From Limnochordales bacterium (GTDB lineage: Bacteria; Bacillota; Limnochordia; Limnochordales; ZCTH02-B6), in assembly GCA_036564115.1 (NCBI GenBank), contig DATCLD010000084.1, forward strand, positions 1 to 40,723: a stretch of 40,723 nucleotides of DNA, written 5' to 3'. Shown piece after piece: positions 17,296 to 26,913 of this stretch. How positions within the stretch are numbered: the stretch's first letter is position 1; each line of letters begins with the position of its first letter. The notes below the pieces were generated by a model, which was not told the DNA's origin, searched no databases, and was given only the letters and a program-made list of their open reading frames with translations. A program made the position numbers and the translations under genes.

Positions 17296-18603
17296 GTGGC
17301 GCGGTTGGCAGGCATATGGATCCGTGGCGGACGGCCGCTCGTAGGCAGTGTACGGGTGTCGAGCGCGAAAAACGCCGTCTTGAAAATGATGGCCGCCGCT
17401 TTAATGACCAGCGGGCGCTGCGCGATTCGCCGGGCGCCCGCGATCCGCGATGTGGAGACGATGGCGGACCTCATCCGGTGTCTCGGGGCCAGCGTCACGC
17501 GGGATTCCCACGGAACCCTGATGATCGACGGCAGCAGCGTCGACAGCGTCGAGGCGCCGGAGCAGCTCGTGCGCCGCATGCGGGCGTCGGTGCTGGTCAT
17601 GGGACCGCTGCTCGCCCGCTTCGGCCGGGTGCGGGTGCCGCTGCCAGGCGGCTGCGCCATCGGGCCGCGCCCCATCGAGCTGCACTTGCGGGGCTTGCAG
17701 CAGATGGGCGCCCGCATCACAGAAGAGCGGGGCTTTGTGGAGGCCCGGGCCGACCGCCTGCTGGGGACCGAGATCCACCTCGACTACCCAAGCGTCGGTG
17801 CGACGGAAAACCTGATGATGACCGCCTGTTTGGCCGAAGGGACGACCGTCATCCGCAACCCGGCCCGGGAGCCGGAAATCGTCGATCTGCAGCTCTTTCT
17901 CAACAAGATGGGGGCCCGGGTGCGAGGTGCGGGCGGCGACGCCATCTACATCGAGGGCGTCGAAGAGCTGGCCGGGGCGGAGCACGATCCCATCCCTGAC
18001 CGCATCGAGGCGGGCACCTTCATGGTGGCTGCGGCCATCACCATGGGCGAGGTCGTCTTGCACCCCGTGATCCCCCGCCACGTGGAGGCCGTCACCGCCA
18101 AGCTGCGGGAAGCCGGTGCCATTGTCGAGGAGGTCGGGCCCGCTACATTGCGGGTGCGGGGCGGGGAGCGGCCCCGCCCGCTGTATGTGCGCACGCAGCC
18201 GTACCCCGGGTTTCCGACCGACATGCAGCCGCAGTTCATGGCGCTCTTGGCCGTGGCCTCAGGGGCGAGCATTATCAGTGAAACCGTGTACACGAGCCGC
18301 ATGAAGCACGCCGACGAGCTGCGGCGCATGGGCGCCGACATCGTGGTGGACGGCCAGGTCGCCATTGTGCGGGGCGTTCGCCGGCTGACGGGCGCCTGCG
18401 TCGAAGCGTCGGACCTGCGGGCGGGAGCCGCCTTGATCCTGGCCGGTCTTGCAGCCGACGGCGAAACGGTGATCGAGGGCGTGCACCACGTGGACCGGGG
18501 CTACGAGGCCATCGAAGAGAAACTGCGCGGCCTGGGTGCGGACGTGCGGCGCATGGCGGAGGACGTGCCGGCCGCCGGCGGGCTGCCCCTTGTCCGCACC
18601 TAG
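17296..18603 (+). CDS. murA: UDP-N-acetylglucosamine 1-carboxyvinyltransferase
   Basis: SSAKNAVLKMMAAAL and the active-site loop LPGGCAIGPRPIELH are present; 435 aa. Confidence 0.92.
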   Translation: MARLAGIWIRGGRPLVGSVRVSSAKNAVLKMMAAALMTSGRCAIRRAPAIRDVETMADLIRCLGASVTRDSHGTLMIDGSSVDSVEAPEQLVRRMRASVLVMGPLLARFGRVRVPLPGGCAIGPRPIELHLRGLQQMGARITEERGFVEARADRLLGTEIHLDYPSVGATENLMMTACLAEGTTVIRNPAREPEIVDLQLFLNKMGARVRGAGGDAIYIEGVEELAGAEHDPIPDRIEAGTFMVAAAITMGEVVLHPVIPRHVEAVTAKLREAGAIVEEVGPATLRVRGGERPRPLYVRTQPYPGFPTDMQPQFMALLAVASGASIISETVYTSRMKHADELRRMGADIVVDGQVAIVRGVRRLTGACVEASDLRAGAALILAGLAADGETVIEGVHHVDRGYEAIEEKLRGLGADVRRMAEDVPAAGGLPLVRT

Positions 18604-18675
18604 CACCCTGGCCCTGACCGGCCGCACCTTGGAATGCGGCCCATGCCGACCGGCGGCAGCCCGGCGGGTGCGCTA

Positions 18676-18704
18676 TTGCTCCTGGGACAAACTGGAGGTA
18701 TACT
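18676..18704 (+). promoter_or_regulatory. Candidate sigmaA-type promoter ahead of divIB-ftsA-ftsZ
   Basis: TTGCTC (18676-18681), a 17-nt spacer and TATACT (18699-18704), 40 nt upstream of the divIB ATG. The -10 is 5/6 and the -35 is 3/6. Confidence 0.35.
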
Positions 18705-18744
18705 GGACCCGCGACAGCACTGGTACACGGAAGGACCGGTGCCC

Positions 18745-19413
18745 ATGTCCGAGCACCCCGACCGGTTCCGCGTGGGGGCGGCCCTGCTGGCTCTCCTGGG
18801 GGTCGTGGGCCTGTACGCATTCCTGCAGTCACCGTATTTCGCCATCACCGAAGTTAGGGTAGAAGGCGCCGCGACCATCGATCCGGCATCGCTGATCGAG
18901 CGCGCCCAGATACGCATTGGCGACAACGTGCTGCACGTAGACCTGCATGCGGTGGCCAGCCGGCTTGCCAGCCACCCGCGTATTCAGCACGCGGCGGTTG
19001 TGCGCCGATTGCCGGGCGCCTTGCTCATCAGCGTCACCGAGTACGAGCCGGTGGCGGTTTTGGAACTGGAGGAGGAGCGGGTCGGCGTCGCCGCCGACGG
19101 CACGCGCATCCCGCTGGTGCCCGGCGAAGAGGAGCAGTTGCCCGCGGTTGCCGGCGTCCCCGAGGAGATGCTCCCCCTGGCCCTCAGGGCGTCCGCGCTG
19201 CTGCCTGCGGCGGTGCGCCGGGAGATGGCCGCAATCGGCTTTGACGATGAAGCGGGCCTGTGGCTCGTCACCCGCTCGGGTACCCGTATTTTGGTCGGCG
19301 ACGAGGCGGACTTGGAGCGCAAGCTGGCCATTGTGACCGAACTTGTGCAGGCCGGCCGCTGGCGCCTGATCGATGTCCGCTATCCCCGGTCGCCGGTGGT
19401 GCGCTCGCAATAG
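18745..19413 (+). CDS. divIB: Cell division protein DivIB/FtsQ (POTRA domain)
   Basis: Short cytoplasmic tail, one TM helix (VGAALLALLGVVGLYAFL), then a POTRA-like segment (FAITEVRVEGA...IGDNVLHVDL...HPRIQHAAVVRRLPGALLISVTE). ATG at 18745 has a GGAAGGA SD. Track ORF 18634.. was trimmed. Confidence 0.75.
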   Translation: MSEHPDRFRVGAALLALLGVVGLYAFLQSPYFAITEVRVEGAATIDPASLIERAQIRIGDNVLHVDLHAVASRLASHPRIQHAAVVRRLPGALLISVTEYEPVAVLELEEERVGVAADGTRIPLVPGEEEQLPAVAGVPEEMLPLALRASALLPAAVRREMAAIGFDDEAGLWLVTRSGTRILVGDEADLERKLAIVTELVQAGRWRLIDVRYPRSPVVRSQ

Positions 19414-19448
19414 TCGGAAAAACTCCGGGGAGCCCGCCCCAGGGTGCA

Positions 19449-19473
19449 AGGAGTCCCAGCGGCACTGTGGAAT
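19449..19473 (+). promoter_or_regulatory. Candidate sigmaH-like promoter upstream of ftsA
   Basis: AGGA (19449-19452) and GAAT (19470-19473) are separated by 17 nt; the sigmaH consensus AGGAxxT-N14-HGAAT implies 18. B. subtilis ftsAZ has a sigmaH promoter (published). This is a motif match only. Confidence 0.3.
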
Positions 19474-19510
19474 AGAGGACGAAAGCGGTCCAGGTGGGAG
19501 GGAGCTCACC

Positions 19511-20719
19511 GTGGCCAAGCGACGGATCGTGGGCGGCCTGGATGTAGGCACGACAAAGGTTTGCACCTGCATCGGCGAAGTGACCGACGACGGCGGCGTC
19601 AACATCCTTGGGGTTGGGGTCAGTCCGTCGCAGGGACTGCGGCGAGGTGTTGTCGTCGACCTGGACGCGGCCGCCCGCGCGATCCAGGAATCCGTCGCGG
19701 CGGCCGAGCAGATGGCCGGGTCGTCCCTGGAGAGTGTCTACGTCGGCGTATCCGGGCCCCATATCAGCTCCCTCAACTCTTCGGGCGTTATCGCGATTGT
19801 CGGTGCCAAGGGCGAGATCAGGCCTGAGGACACCCAAAGGGTGCTGCAGGCCGCCCGGGCGGTCAAACTGGCCCAAGACCGGGAGATCCTGCACGTTTTG
19901 CCCCGCGAGTTTATTGTCGACGGTTACAAGGGTATCCGTGACCCCGTGGGCATGACCGGCGTGCGGCTGGAGGCCGTCGTCCACATCGTCACCGGGGCGG
20001 TCTCCCACGTGCAGAACCTGGTCAAAGCCGTGCAGCGGGCAGGGGTCGCCGTGGCCGAGCTGGTGCTGCAAGCCTTGGCCGCGGCCGAAGCGGTGCTTGA
20101 GCCTGCTGACCGGGAAATGGGCGTCGCCGTGGTGGACATCGGTGGGGGCACGACGGATGTGGCGGTCTTTGCGGAGGGACGTGTGGCCCATACCGCGGTG
20201 CTGCCCGTCTCCGCCCAGCATGTGACCAACGATATCGCGGTGGGTTGGCAGATCCCCCTGGCCCAGGCGGAAGACATCAAACTGCAGTACGGGTGCGCCC
20301 TGCGGGAACTGGCCGCGGCCCGGCAGTCGCCGGCGCCGCGCCCGGCCGCCAACCGGCTGAGCCTGGCGGACATCGTCGTCCCCCGGGTCGAGGAGCTGTT
20401 CCAGCTGGTGCAGGCGGAGATCCAGCGCGCGGGCGGCGGTGAGATGCTGCCGGGCGGTGTGGTGCTCACGGGCGGCGGCGCCTTGATGGAAGGCATGCTG
20501 GAGGCGGCCCGGCGGTACTTGGGGATGCCGGCGCGCCTGGGCGTACCCTTGGCCACCGGGGGGCTCGCGGATGTGGTCAACAGCCCCGTTTACAGTACCG
20601 CCGTTGGGTTAATGCAGTATGGGTGCCAGCAGGTAGAGGCCACTGCACCCAGCGCCAACGGCGCCGCATGGGGCCGCTTGGTGGAACGGGTAAAGCAGTG
20701 GCTGAGCGAGCTTCTGTGA
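19511..20719 (+). CDS. ftsA: Cell division protein FtsA
   Basis: GTG at 19511 has a GGGAGGGAG SD. The actin-fold phosphate-1 motif GLDVGTTKVCTCIGEV and the motifs VDIGGGTTDVAVF and VLTGGGA are present. Confidence 0.92.
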   Translation: MAKRRIVGGLDVGTTKVCTCIGEVTDDGGVNILGVGVSPSQGLRRGVVVDLDAAARAIQESVAAAEQMAGSSLESVYVGVSGPHISSLNSSGVIAIVGAKGEIRPEDTQRVLQAARAVKLAQDREILHVLPREFIVDGYKGIRDPVGMTGVRLEAVVHIVTGAVSHVQNLVKAVQRAGVAVAELVLQALAAAEAVLEPADREMGVAVVDIGGGTTDVAVFAEGRVAHTAVLPVSAQHVTNDIAVGWQIPLAQAEDIKLQYGCALRELAAARQSPAPRPAANRLSLADIVVPRVEELFQLVQAEIQRAGGGEMLPGGVVLTGGGALMEGMLEAARRYLGMPARLGVPLATGGLADVVNSPVYSTAVGLMQYGCQQVEATAPSANGAAWGRLVERVKQWLSELL

Positions 20720-20755
20720 CGGAGCGTGTCGGCAGACAGTAAGGAGGCTGGGGCG

Positions 20756-21811
20756 ATGTTTGAGTTGGATGAGGTCCAGGGCCAGTTTGCCCGCATCAAG
20801 GTGATTGGGGTGGGCGGGGGCGGCCAAAACGCCGTCAACCGCATGATCGAGGCCGGCCTGCAAGGGGTTGAGTTTGCGGCCCTGAACACCGACGCGCAAG
20901 CCCTCATGATGTCCAACGCCCCCACAAAGCTACAACTCGGTGCAAAGCTCACGCGCGGGCTTGGCGCAGGCTCCAACCCCGAGATCGGGCAGAAGGCGGC
21001 GGAGGAGAGCCGGGAGGAAATCCGCCAGCTCCTGGAAGGGGCCGACATGGTGTTCATCACCGCCGGCATGGGCGGCGGCACCGGCACGGGCGGCACCCCG
21101 GTGGTGGCCGAGATCGCCCGGGAAGTGAGCGCCTTGACCGTAGGCGTGGTTACCAAGCCCTTCTCTTTTGAGGGCCGCCGGCGCCAGCAGCAGGCCGAGC
21201 AGGGCATCGAGGCGCTGCGGGACAAGGTGGACACGCTGATCGTCATTCCCAACGACCGCCTGCTGCAGGTGGCGGAAAAGAAGACGTCCATCCTGGAGGC
21301 GTTCCGGCTGGCCGACGACGTGCTGCGCCAGGGCGTTCAGGGCATCTCGGATCTCATCACGGTACCGGGCCTCATCAACCTGGACTTTGCCGACGTGCGG
21401 ACCATCATGGCCAACGCCGGGTCTGCACTCATGGGCATCGGCGTCGCCAGCGGCGAGGAGCGGGCGATTAAGGCGGCCAAGATGGCGATTTCCAGCCCCC
21501 TGCTCGAGGCGTCCATCGAAGGTGCCCGCGGCATCCTGCTCAACATCACCGGCAGCTCCAACCTGGGCTTGTTCGAGGTCAACGACGCCGCGGAAATCAT
21601 CGCCGAGGCGGCCGATCCGGAGGCCAACATCATCTTTGGCGCGGTCATCGACGAATCGCTGCGGGATGAGGTGCGGGTGACCGTGATCGCGACGGGCTTC
21701 GATGGAGGCCGGGGCAACGGCCGGCGCAAGAACTTCACGGACCTGGAGCTGAAGCCATTTGCCACCGATGATCTCGACATTCCTGCCTTCCTGCGGCGGC
21801 GGTCGTCCTAG
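20756..21811 (+). CDS. ftsZ: Cell division GTPase FtsZ
   Basis: ATG at 20756 has an AAGGAGG SD. The motifs [13 protein letters not shown] and the tubulin signature GGGTGTGG are present, with a conserved C-terminal peptide [11 protein letters not shown]. Confidence 0.97.
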   Translation: MFELDEVQGQFARIKVIGVGGGGQNAVNRMIEAGLQGVEFAALNTDAQALMMSNAPTKLQLGAKLTRGLGAGSNPEIGQKAAEESREEIRQLLEGADMVFITAGMGGGTGTGGTPVVAEIAREVSALTVGVVTKPFSFEGRRRQQQAEQGIEALRDKVDTLIVIPNDRLLQVAEKKTSILEAFRLADDVLRQGVQGISDLITVPGLINLDFADVRTIMANAGSALMGIGVASGEERAIKAAKMAISSPLLEASIEGARGILLNITGSSNLGLFEVNDAAEIIAEAADPEANIIFGAVIDESLRDEVRVTVIATGFDGGRGNGRRKNFTDLELKPFATDDLDIPAFLRRRSS

Positions 21812-21864
21812 GGGAAGCCCTCTGGCAGCAAGGCCGCTTCACCTAAGACGCCGTGGGCGGCGCT

Positions 21865-22599
21865 TCAGGAGATTCCCTCCATGCGCTGCATCTCCCGGCG
21901 CAGCTTGTTGAGGATGCGCTTCTCCAGGCGGGAGATGTAGGACTGGGAGATCCCTAGCAGATCCGCGACCTCTTTCTGCGTCTTCTCGCGCCCGTTTTTT
22001 AAGCCAAACCGCAGTTCCATGATCCGCTTCTCGCGGCCGGACAGGCGATCCATCGCGATGCTGAGCAGCGTCCGGTCGACTTCGTCCTCCAGGCGCCGCG
22101 TCACGTCGCTCTCCGTGCCGATCACGTCCGACAGGAGCAGCTCGTTGCCGTCCCAATCCGTGTTGAGGGGCTCGTCGAACGACACTTCCGCCCGCGTCTT
22201 GCTGTTGCGGCGCAGGTACATGAGGATCTCGTTCTCGATGCACCGCGAGGCGTAGGTCGCCAGCTTGATGTTCTTCCCCGGGTCGAAAGTGTTTACCGCC
22301 TTGATGAGTCCGATGGTGCCGATGGAAACCAGGTCCTCGATGGCGACACCGGTGTTCTCGAACTTGCGGGCGATGTAAACCACGAGGCGCAGGTTGCGCT
22401 CGATGAGCGGGCCGCGGACCGACGTGTCGCCGCGCTGCAGGCGCCCAATCAGTTCGGCCTCCTCCGCCGGCGTCAGCGGTGGCGGCAGCACTTCACTGGA
22501 GCCGACATAAAACACCCGCGGGGCCAGCCAAAACCGGCCCAATGCCCGCATGAGCCACAAACGCAGAAGCAGCCTATACTTGAACACGCTGGGTCGCAT
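21865..22599 (-). CDS. sigE: Sporulation sigma factor pro-sigmaE
   Basis: Near-collinear with B. subtilis SigE as I recall it: pro-sequence [15 protein letters not shown], then [98 protein letters not shown] at 22599 overlaps the spoIIGA 3' end by 26 nt; the track start TTG 22623 is the alternative. Confidence 0.92.
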   Translation of the reverse strand: MRPSVFKYRLLLRLWLMRALGRFWLAPRVFYVGSSEVLPPPLTPAEEAELIGRLQRGDTSVRGPLIERNLRLVVYIARKFENTGVAIEDLVSIGTIGLIKAVNTFDPGKNIKLATYASRCIENEILMYLRRNSKTRAEVSFDEPLNTDWDGNELLLSDVIGTESDVTRRLEDEVDRTLLSIAMDRLSGREKRIMELRFGLKNGREKTQKEVADLLGISQSYISRLEKRILNKLRREMQRMEGIS

Positions 22600-23536
22600 C
22601 GGCCGACGGCGCCCTCCCCGCAAGCGATTTGGGTGAACGTTCCGCAGAAGCAGCCGGACGCACCAGGTCCGGATGGATCAGGGCCTGGTACGCGCCTTCG
22701 GGGTCCAAAGGACCCTTGCACAATCCCAAGATACACGGGCCCACGGGCACGGCGCGCCCGTCCACGACGAGGCGCACCTCATCGGGACGGAAGCCGATGA
22801 GCAGCCCATGCTCCCGGCCGATGGAAGCGTAGGGAATGACGCGGAACCGGGCGGACCATTCTTCCGACGCCAGGAGCCGGCTGACCGGGCCCAGGTCCCC
22901 GGTTTCCATCGCGGCCACCGCCGGTTGCAGATATTCCGGCAAGAGCGGCCGCAGCGCGTCGCCCTCCGCCACCACCACGGGCGCTCCCGACAAGGGGTCC
23001 CGCAGGCGGTTGCCCGTGTCCACCAGCGCCTGCAGGCGGCAAGTCCGGTGCCCAAACCGGATTTCCAGCGGCATCTGGTACAGCTGCTGCCATATGCTCC
23101 GCTGCACGGCGCCCCAGCCCAGTTCGGCGATCAAGAGTATGGCGCCGCTGGCCGCCAGAAACCCGGCGATGGTGTCCGGGCGGGACGGGCTTCCCAGCAG
23201 TTGGGCCGCGGCCATCCCGGCGCCGGCAGCGGCAAACCCGATGCCGTAAAAGTGCGCCGCCACAGACACGAGTCTCCGCAAGCGCAACCGGCCAAAGGCC
23301 AAAAATAGCATCAAAGTGGAGACGAGCACGACGACGGGGAGCGAACGCAACGCTCCGTAATACGGCACAAGGCGCGCTTCCGCCAGCACGTGGAGCAGAT
23401 AGTAGCCGGTGCCGGTCAGGGCGGCGACCAAGAGGCGTCCGCGGCTGGTTGCCGTGCGGGTTACGGCCGCGGTAGCCCACAGGAGCAGGCAGTCAAAGAG
23501 GCAGTTAGCCACAACCTGCAGGATGAGCACGTCCAT
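22574..23536 (-). CDS. spoIIGA: Sigma-E processing aspartic protease SpoIIGA
   Basis: Five-TM N-terminal half, the aspartic protease motif [19 protein letters not shown] (B. subtilis LIDSGNQLYDPLTKTPVMI) and C-terminal RVIPYASIG are present. It lies immediately upstream of sigE on the same strand. ATG at 23536 was chosen because [20 protein letters not shown] aligns with the SpoIIGA N-terminus; its SD is poorly spaced (19 nt). Confidence 0.85.
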   Translation of the reverse strand: MDVLILQVVANCLFDCLLLWATAAVTRTATSRGRLLVAALTGTGYYLLHVLAEARLVPYYGALRSLPVVVLVSTLMLFLAFGRLRLRRLVSVAAHFYGIGFAAAGAGMAAAQLLGSPSRPDTIAGFLAASGAILLIAELGWGAVQRSIWQQLYQMPLEIRFGHRTCRLQALVDTGNRLRDPLSGAPVVVAEGDALRPLLPEYLQPAVAAMETGDLGPVSRLLASEEWSARFRVIPYASIGREHGLLIGFRPDEVRLVVDGRAVPVGPCILGLCKGPLDPEGAYQALIHPDLVRPAASAERSPKSLAGRAPSADATQRVQV

Positions 23537-23656
23537 CCAGATGACAGCCCGCGCGCCTCCGATGGCCGTTCCCTCCCCCTGCCGTACGTGTGCACATCTT
23601 ATTACCAACCTTGTGGCTCGATTCCTCCCCCGGCTCGCGCTCGCGATCGGCGCCCG

Positions 23657-23686
23657 GAATAGGGCGCCTTTGCCCATGGCAATACT
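23657..23686 (+). promoter_or_regulatory. Candidate forespore (sigmaF/sigmaG-type) promoter for sigG
   Basis: GAATA (23657-23661), 18 nt, then CAATACT (23680-23686). The -35 fits GHATR perfectly and the -10 fits CAHWHTAH at 5/8. It is the only AT-richer patch upstream of sigG. Confidence 0.3.
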
Positions 23687-23724
23687 GAAAGAAGCAAGGC
23701 GAGCGCCGGGGAGGTCCCAAACCG

Positions 23725-24498
23725 ATGAACAAGGTGGAGATCTGCGGCGTCAACACCGCCAAGCTCCCGGTATTGTCCAGCGAGCGCATGCGGGAGCTGC
23801 TGGAGCGGGTCCGGAAAGGCGACAAGGAGGCCCGGGCGGAGCTCATCCAGGGAAACCTGCGCCTCGTGCTCAGCGTCATCCAGCGGTTCAACAACCGCGG
23901 CGAGAACGTGGACGACCTGTTCCAGGTGGGCTGCATCGGCCTGATGAAGGCCATCGACAACTTTGACCTGAGCCAAAACGTCAAGTTCTCCACCTACGCC
24001 GTGCCCATGATTGTAGGCGAGATCCGCCGCTACCTGCGGGACAACAACCCCATCCGGGTCAGCCGCAGCCTGCGGGACATCGCCTACAAGGCGCTGCAGG
24101 TGCGGGACAGCCTCGTGAGCCGCTACAACACCGAGCCGACGATCAGCCAGATCGCCCAGGAGATGGGCCTGCCGCGGGAAGAGGTCGTGTACGCCCTGGA
24201 CGCGATCCAGGAGCCGATCTCCCTGTTTGAACCCATCTACCACGACGGCGGCGACCCCATCTTCGTGATGGACCAGATCAGCGATGAGCGGTCGCTGGAC
24301 AGCAGCTGGATCGAAGGCATTTCCATCCGGGAGGCCATGGCGCGGCTCGGTGAGCGCGAAAAGCTCATCCTGACCAAGCGGTTCTTTGACGGCCGCACCC
24401 AAATGGAAGTGGCCGAGGAGATCGGCATCTCCCAGGCGCAGGTGTCGCGCTTGGAAAAGGCGGCCCTCAAAAACCTCCGGCGCTTTATGTCCGGTTGA
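23725..24498 (+). CDS. sigG: Sporulation sigma factor sigmaG
   Basis: Long identical runs with B. subtilis SigG as recalled: NKVEICGV, GNLRLVLSVIQRFNNRGE, VDDLFQVGCIGLMK, IDNFDLS, NVKFSTYAVPMI, GEIRRYLRDNNPIRVSRSLRDIAYKALQVR, SLFEPIY, DGGDPI, VMDQISDE, TQMEVAEEIGISQAQVSRLEKAA. Confidence 0.93.
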   Translation: MNKVEICGVNTAKLPVLSSERMRELLERVRKGDKEARAELIQGNLRLVLSVIQRFNNRGENVDDLFQVGCIGLMKAIDNFDLSQNVKFSTYAVPMIVGEIRRYLRDNNPIRVSRSLRDIAYKALQVRDSLVSRYNTEPTISQIAQEMGLPREEVVYALDAIQEPISLFEPIYHDGGDPIFVMDQISDERSLDSSWIEGISIREAMARLGEREKLILTKRFFDGRTQMEVAEEIGISQAQVSRLEKAALKNLRRFMSG

Positions 24499-24512
24499 AA
24501 GGGGGGTGGAGC

Positions 24513-25217
24513 GTGGACGGCCGCACGCATCAAAAGACGCATCATTGGCGCAGGACAGGCGCCTGGCTGCCGGTTGGGCGCATCGGTTTGGCCGCGCTGC
24601 TAGCCGTCCTGATCGTCCTGGTTCTGATCGGCTGGCGCCTCTTGCGGCCCCACGTGTTGCACGCCTACGACACCGTGCCGGTGTTTCGCTTCCACGTGGT
24701 GGCTCACAGCGACGCACCCGAGGATCAAGAGATGAAACTCACGGTGCGGGATGCGGTACTGCCGCTCGTCCTCGCGTTGGTGGACGGGGCGCAATCCCCG
24801 GCGGAGGCTTACCAGCGCCTAGCGGCGGCGCAAAAAGCGTTGGGGGCGGCGGCCCAGGCAGTTGTGCGGTCGCTTGGGGCACACTTTCCTGTGGCGGTTG
24901 AAACGGAGCTGGACGCCGCAGGCGAGCCGGCCGCCGTGCGGATCGTCATCGGGGCCGGGCGCGGCGCCAACTGGTTCTGCGTCCTCTTCCCGCCTTTGTG
25001 CTTCGCCGACGGGAGCAACGCCATCGAGCCCGCCCCGGCAAGCCCTACGGCACCGGCCAACGACGGCGTGCAGCTCGCCCTGCGTTGGCTTGACTGGCTG
25101 CCCGGGCTGTCATCGCTCCTGCTCGACGGCGTCGGGCAAGTGCACCAGGATGACGTCCACACCTATTTTGCGCACGCGCTTCCAGGGGATGGCCACGTCG
25201 GGCCGGCGGCCGAATAA
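24513..25217 (+). CDS. spoIIR: Stage II sporulation protein R (SpoIIGA-activating signal protein)
   Basis: Signal/TM segment, then FRFHVVAHSDAPEDQEMKLTVRDAVL and GANWFCVLFPPLCF, the two hallmark SpoIIR motifs. GTG at 24513 has a GGGGGTGGAG SD, 14 nt after the sigG stop; TTG 24495, overlapping the sigG stop, is the alternative. Confidence 0.8.
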   Translation: MDGRTHQKTHHWRRTGAWLPVGRIGLAALLAVLIVLVLIGWRLLRPHVLHAYDTVPVFRFHVVAHSDAPEDQEMKLTVRDAVLPLVLALVDGAQSPAEAYQRLAAAQKALGAAAQAVVRSLGAHFPVAVETELDAAGEPAAVRIVIGAGRGANWFCVLFPPLCFADGSNAIEPAPASPTAPANDGVQLALRWLDWLPGLSSLLLDGVGQVHQDDVHTYFAHALPGDGHVGPAAE

Positions 25218-25370
25218 GGCCAGCCACCGCCGGCCCTCGCCCGGAACCAGCAGGGCCCGGATGCGGCCCGTGTCCACGTCCACGTCCACATCGTAGACGT
25301 AGCCCAGCTTGCGGCCGTCGACGACGTTGACTACGTCTAGGAGCCGCAGCTCGGAAGCGCGCACAAGCAC
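25110..25370 (-). CDS. ylmC: YlmC/YmxH-family sporulation protein (PRC-barrel)
   Basis: ASELRLLDVVNVVDGRKLGYVYDVDVDVDTGRIRALLVPG...FGRRPDVAIPWKRVRKIGVDVILV parallels B. subtilis YlmC. GTG at 25370 has a GAAAGGGGGA SD at 9-nt spacing. Track ORF start 25421 was trimmed. Confidence 0.8.
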   Translation of the reverse strand: MLVRASELRLLDVVNVVDGRKLGYVYDVDVDVDTGRIRALLVPGEGRRWLALFGRRPDVAIPWKRVRKIGVDVILVHLPDAVEQER

Positions 25371-25533
25371 GGGCCTGTTTCCCCCTTTCAAACTACTATA
25401 TTCCGCCCGAGTGAACGCCACACCGCACCGCTACAGCCGCCGCCGGGGCGCTCAACCGCACCGGCGGCGCGAGCGGCCTCCGCCGTTCCCGCGATTGACA
25501 AGTGTATAATGGTAGGAGAAGGGAGGGGCGGGG

Positions 25534-25989
25534 GTGCGCTGCCCGTACTGCCACCACATGCACAGCAAGGTGCTGGACTCCCGGGCCACCGACGAAGGCG
25601 CGTCCATCCGGCGGCGGCGGGAATGCGAACGCTGCGGCCGGCGTTTCACTACTTATGAGCGCTGGGAAGAGACGCCGCTGATGGTGATCAAGAAGGACGG
25701 CCGCCGCGAGCCTTTCCAGCGCCAGAAGATCTTGAGCGGCTTGATGAAAGCGTGCGAGAAGCGGCCGATCCCGGTGGCCGTACTCGAGCAGGTCGTGGAC
25801 GACATCGAGCGGGAGGCGCGCCAGCGGGGCGACACCGAGATCACCAGCCGCCAGATCGGCGAACGGGTCATGGAAGCGCTCCGGGGCATCGACGAGGTGG
25901 CGTACGTCCGCTTCGCGAGCGTGTACCGGGAATTTCGCGACTTGACGGCGCTGCTTGGGGAAGTGCAAAAGCTGGTGAAGCGAGAGTGA
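25534..25989 (+). CDS. nrdR: Transcriptional repressor NrdR
   Basis: Zinc ribbon MRCPYCHH...[17 protein letters not shown] is followed by an ATP-cone ([29 protein letters not shown]). Confidence 0.95.
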   Translation: MRCPYCHHMHSKVLDSRATDEGASIRRRRECERCGRRFTTYERWEETPLMVIKKDGRREPFQRQKILSGLMKACEKRPIPVAVLEQVVDDIEREARQRGDTEITSRQIGERVMEALRGIDEVAYVRFASVYREFRDLTALLGEVQKLVKRE

Positions 25990-26819
25990 GCCGGCACCGC
26001 CTGGTGAGGCGCACGTTGGGCGGGGTCGCGGTGTGGCAGGTGGAGCCGTGGGTTGAGCGGGGCATCGTGCACGGCTTCTCCGAGCGCGGCGGCGGCGTGA
26101 GCCCTCATCCTTTCCATGCCCTTAATCTCGGCCTCCATGTGGGGGACGCTCCGGCCCAAGTGATGGAGAACCGCCGGCGGCTGTGCCAAGCCCTTGGGGT
26201 GCCGCCGGAGGCGCTTGTGGCGGGGGAGCAGGTGCATGGCGCCGAGGTGGCGGTCGTGACCGCCGCCGACATGGGACGCGGCGCCGAGCGGGCGGCGGAC
26301 GCCCTGCCCGGGGTGGACGCGCTCATCACCCGTGATCCCGGGCCGGTGCTGATTGGGCTGTTTGCCGACTGCGTGCCGGTGCTGGTTGTGGACCCGGAAA
26401 CGCCGGCCGTGGGCCTCGTGCATGCGGGGTGGCGGGGGACGTGTCAAGGGATCGCGGCCCGCGCCGTCGAAGCGATGGCGCACGCCTTCGGCACCCGGCC
26501 GCAAAGTTGCGAAGCCGTCCTCGGCCCCAGCATCGGCCCATGCTGCTATGAAGTCGGGCCGGAGGTGGCGGAGCGGTTCGCCGGCTGGGCGGAATCCCCC
26601 GTCCGCGTGCGGGACGGGCGGCTGCATCTGGACTTGTGGGCGGCCAACCGGCACCTTTTGGAAGCCGCAGGGGTGCCGGCGGCCAACATCCACACGGCGG
26701 CGATGTGTACTCGCTGTCGAAGCGATCGCTTCTTTTCTTACCGGGCCGCGGGCGGCCAGACCGGCCGCATGGCGGCGGTGATTGGCCTTAAGGGGCCGGC
26801 GGGACCGGCGGCCCGCTGA
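25986..26819 (+). CDS. pgeF: PgeF/YlmD family (DUF152) peptidoglycan editing factor / purine nucleoside phosphorylase-like protein
   Basis: Motifs [35 protein letters not shown] and CT.C....FFSYR are present. GTG at 25986 overlaps the nrdR stop (GTGA). The track ORF N-terminal extension (25752..) lies inside nrdR and was rejected. Confidence 0.85.
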   Translation: MSRHRLVRRTLGGVAVWQVEPWVERGIVHGFSERGGGVSPHPFHALNLGLHVGDAPAQVMENRRRLCQALGVPPEALVAGEQVHGAEVAVVTAADMGRGAERAADALPGVDALITRDPGPVLIGLFADCVPVLVVDPETPAVGLVHAGWRGTCQGIAARAVEAMAHAFGTRPQSCEAVLGPSIGPCCYEVGPEVAERFAGWAESPVRVRDGRLHLDLWAANRHLLEAAGVPAANIHTAAMCTRCRSDRFFSYRAAGGQTGRMAAVIGLKGPAGPAAR

Positions 26820-26913
26820 TGTGCAAAAGCGGCGCTGATCGGCCTGTAGAGCCGTTCGCGGGCAGGACTTGTCCCCGGGGCCACGAACCCTTGTGGACGG
26901 GAGGTGCGTACGT

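Noticed and set aside
23537-23724. Spo0A boxes (TGTCGAA/TTCGACA) and a spoIIG-type sigmaA promoter in the spoIIGA-sigG divergent region.
   Set aside because: There is no exact or one-mismatch 0A box that I could find by eye. Only weak -10-like strings occur (TAAGAT / TGgTAATAA on the minus strand), without a credible -35.
25495-25510. Perfect TTGACA (25495-25500) and TATAAT (25505-25510) upstream of nrdR.
   Set aside because: The two hexamers are only 4 nt apart, so together they cannot form a sigmaA promoter. No acceptable -35 lies 16-18 nt upstream of the TATAAT, and I could not see a palindromic NrdR box. The TATAAT may still act as a -10, but I cannot support a call.
25752-25985. N-terminal extension of the pgeF/ylmD ORF (track start 25752).
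   Set aside because: It lies entirely inside nrdR in another frame. Conservation with YlmD/PgeF begins after GTG 25986, which overlaps the nrdR stop.
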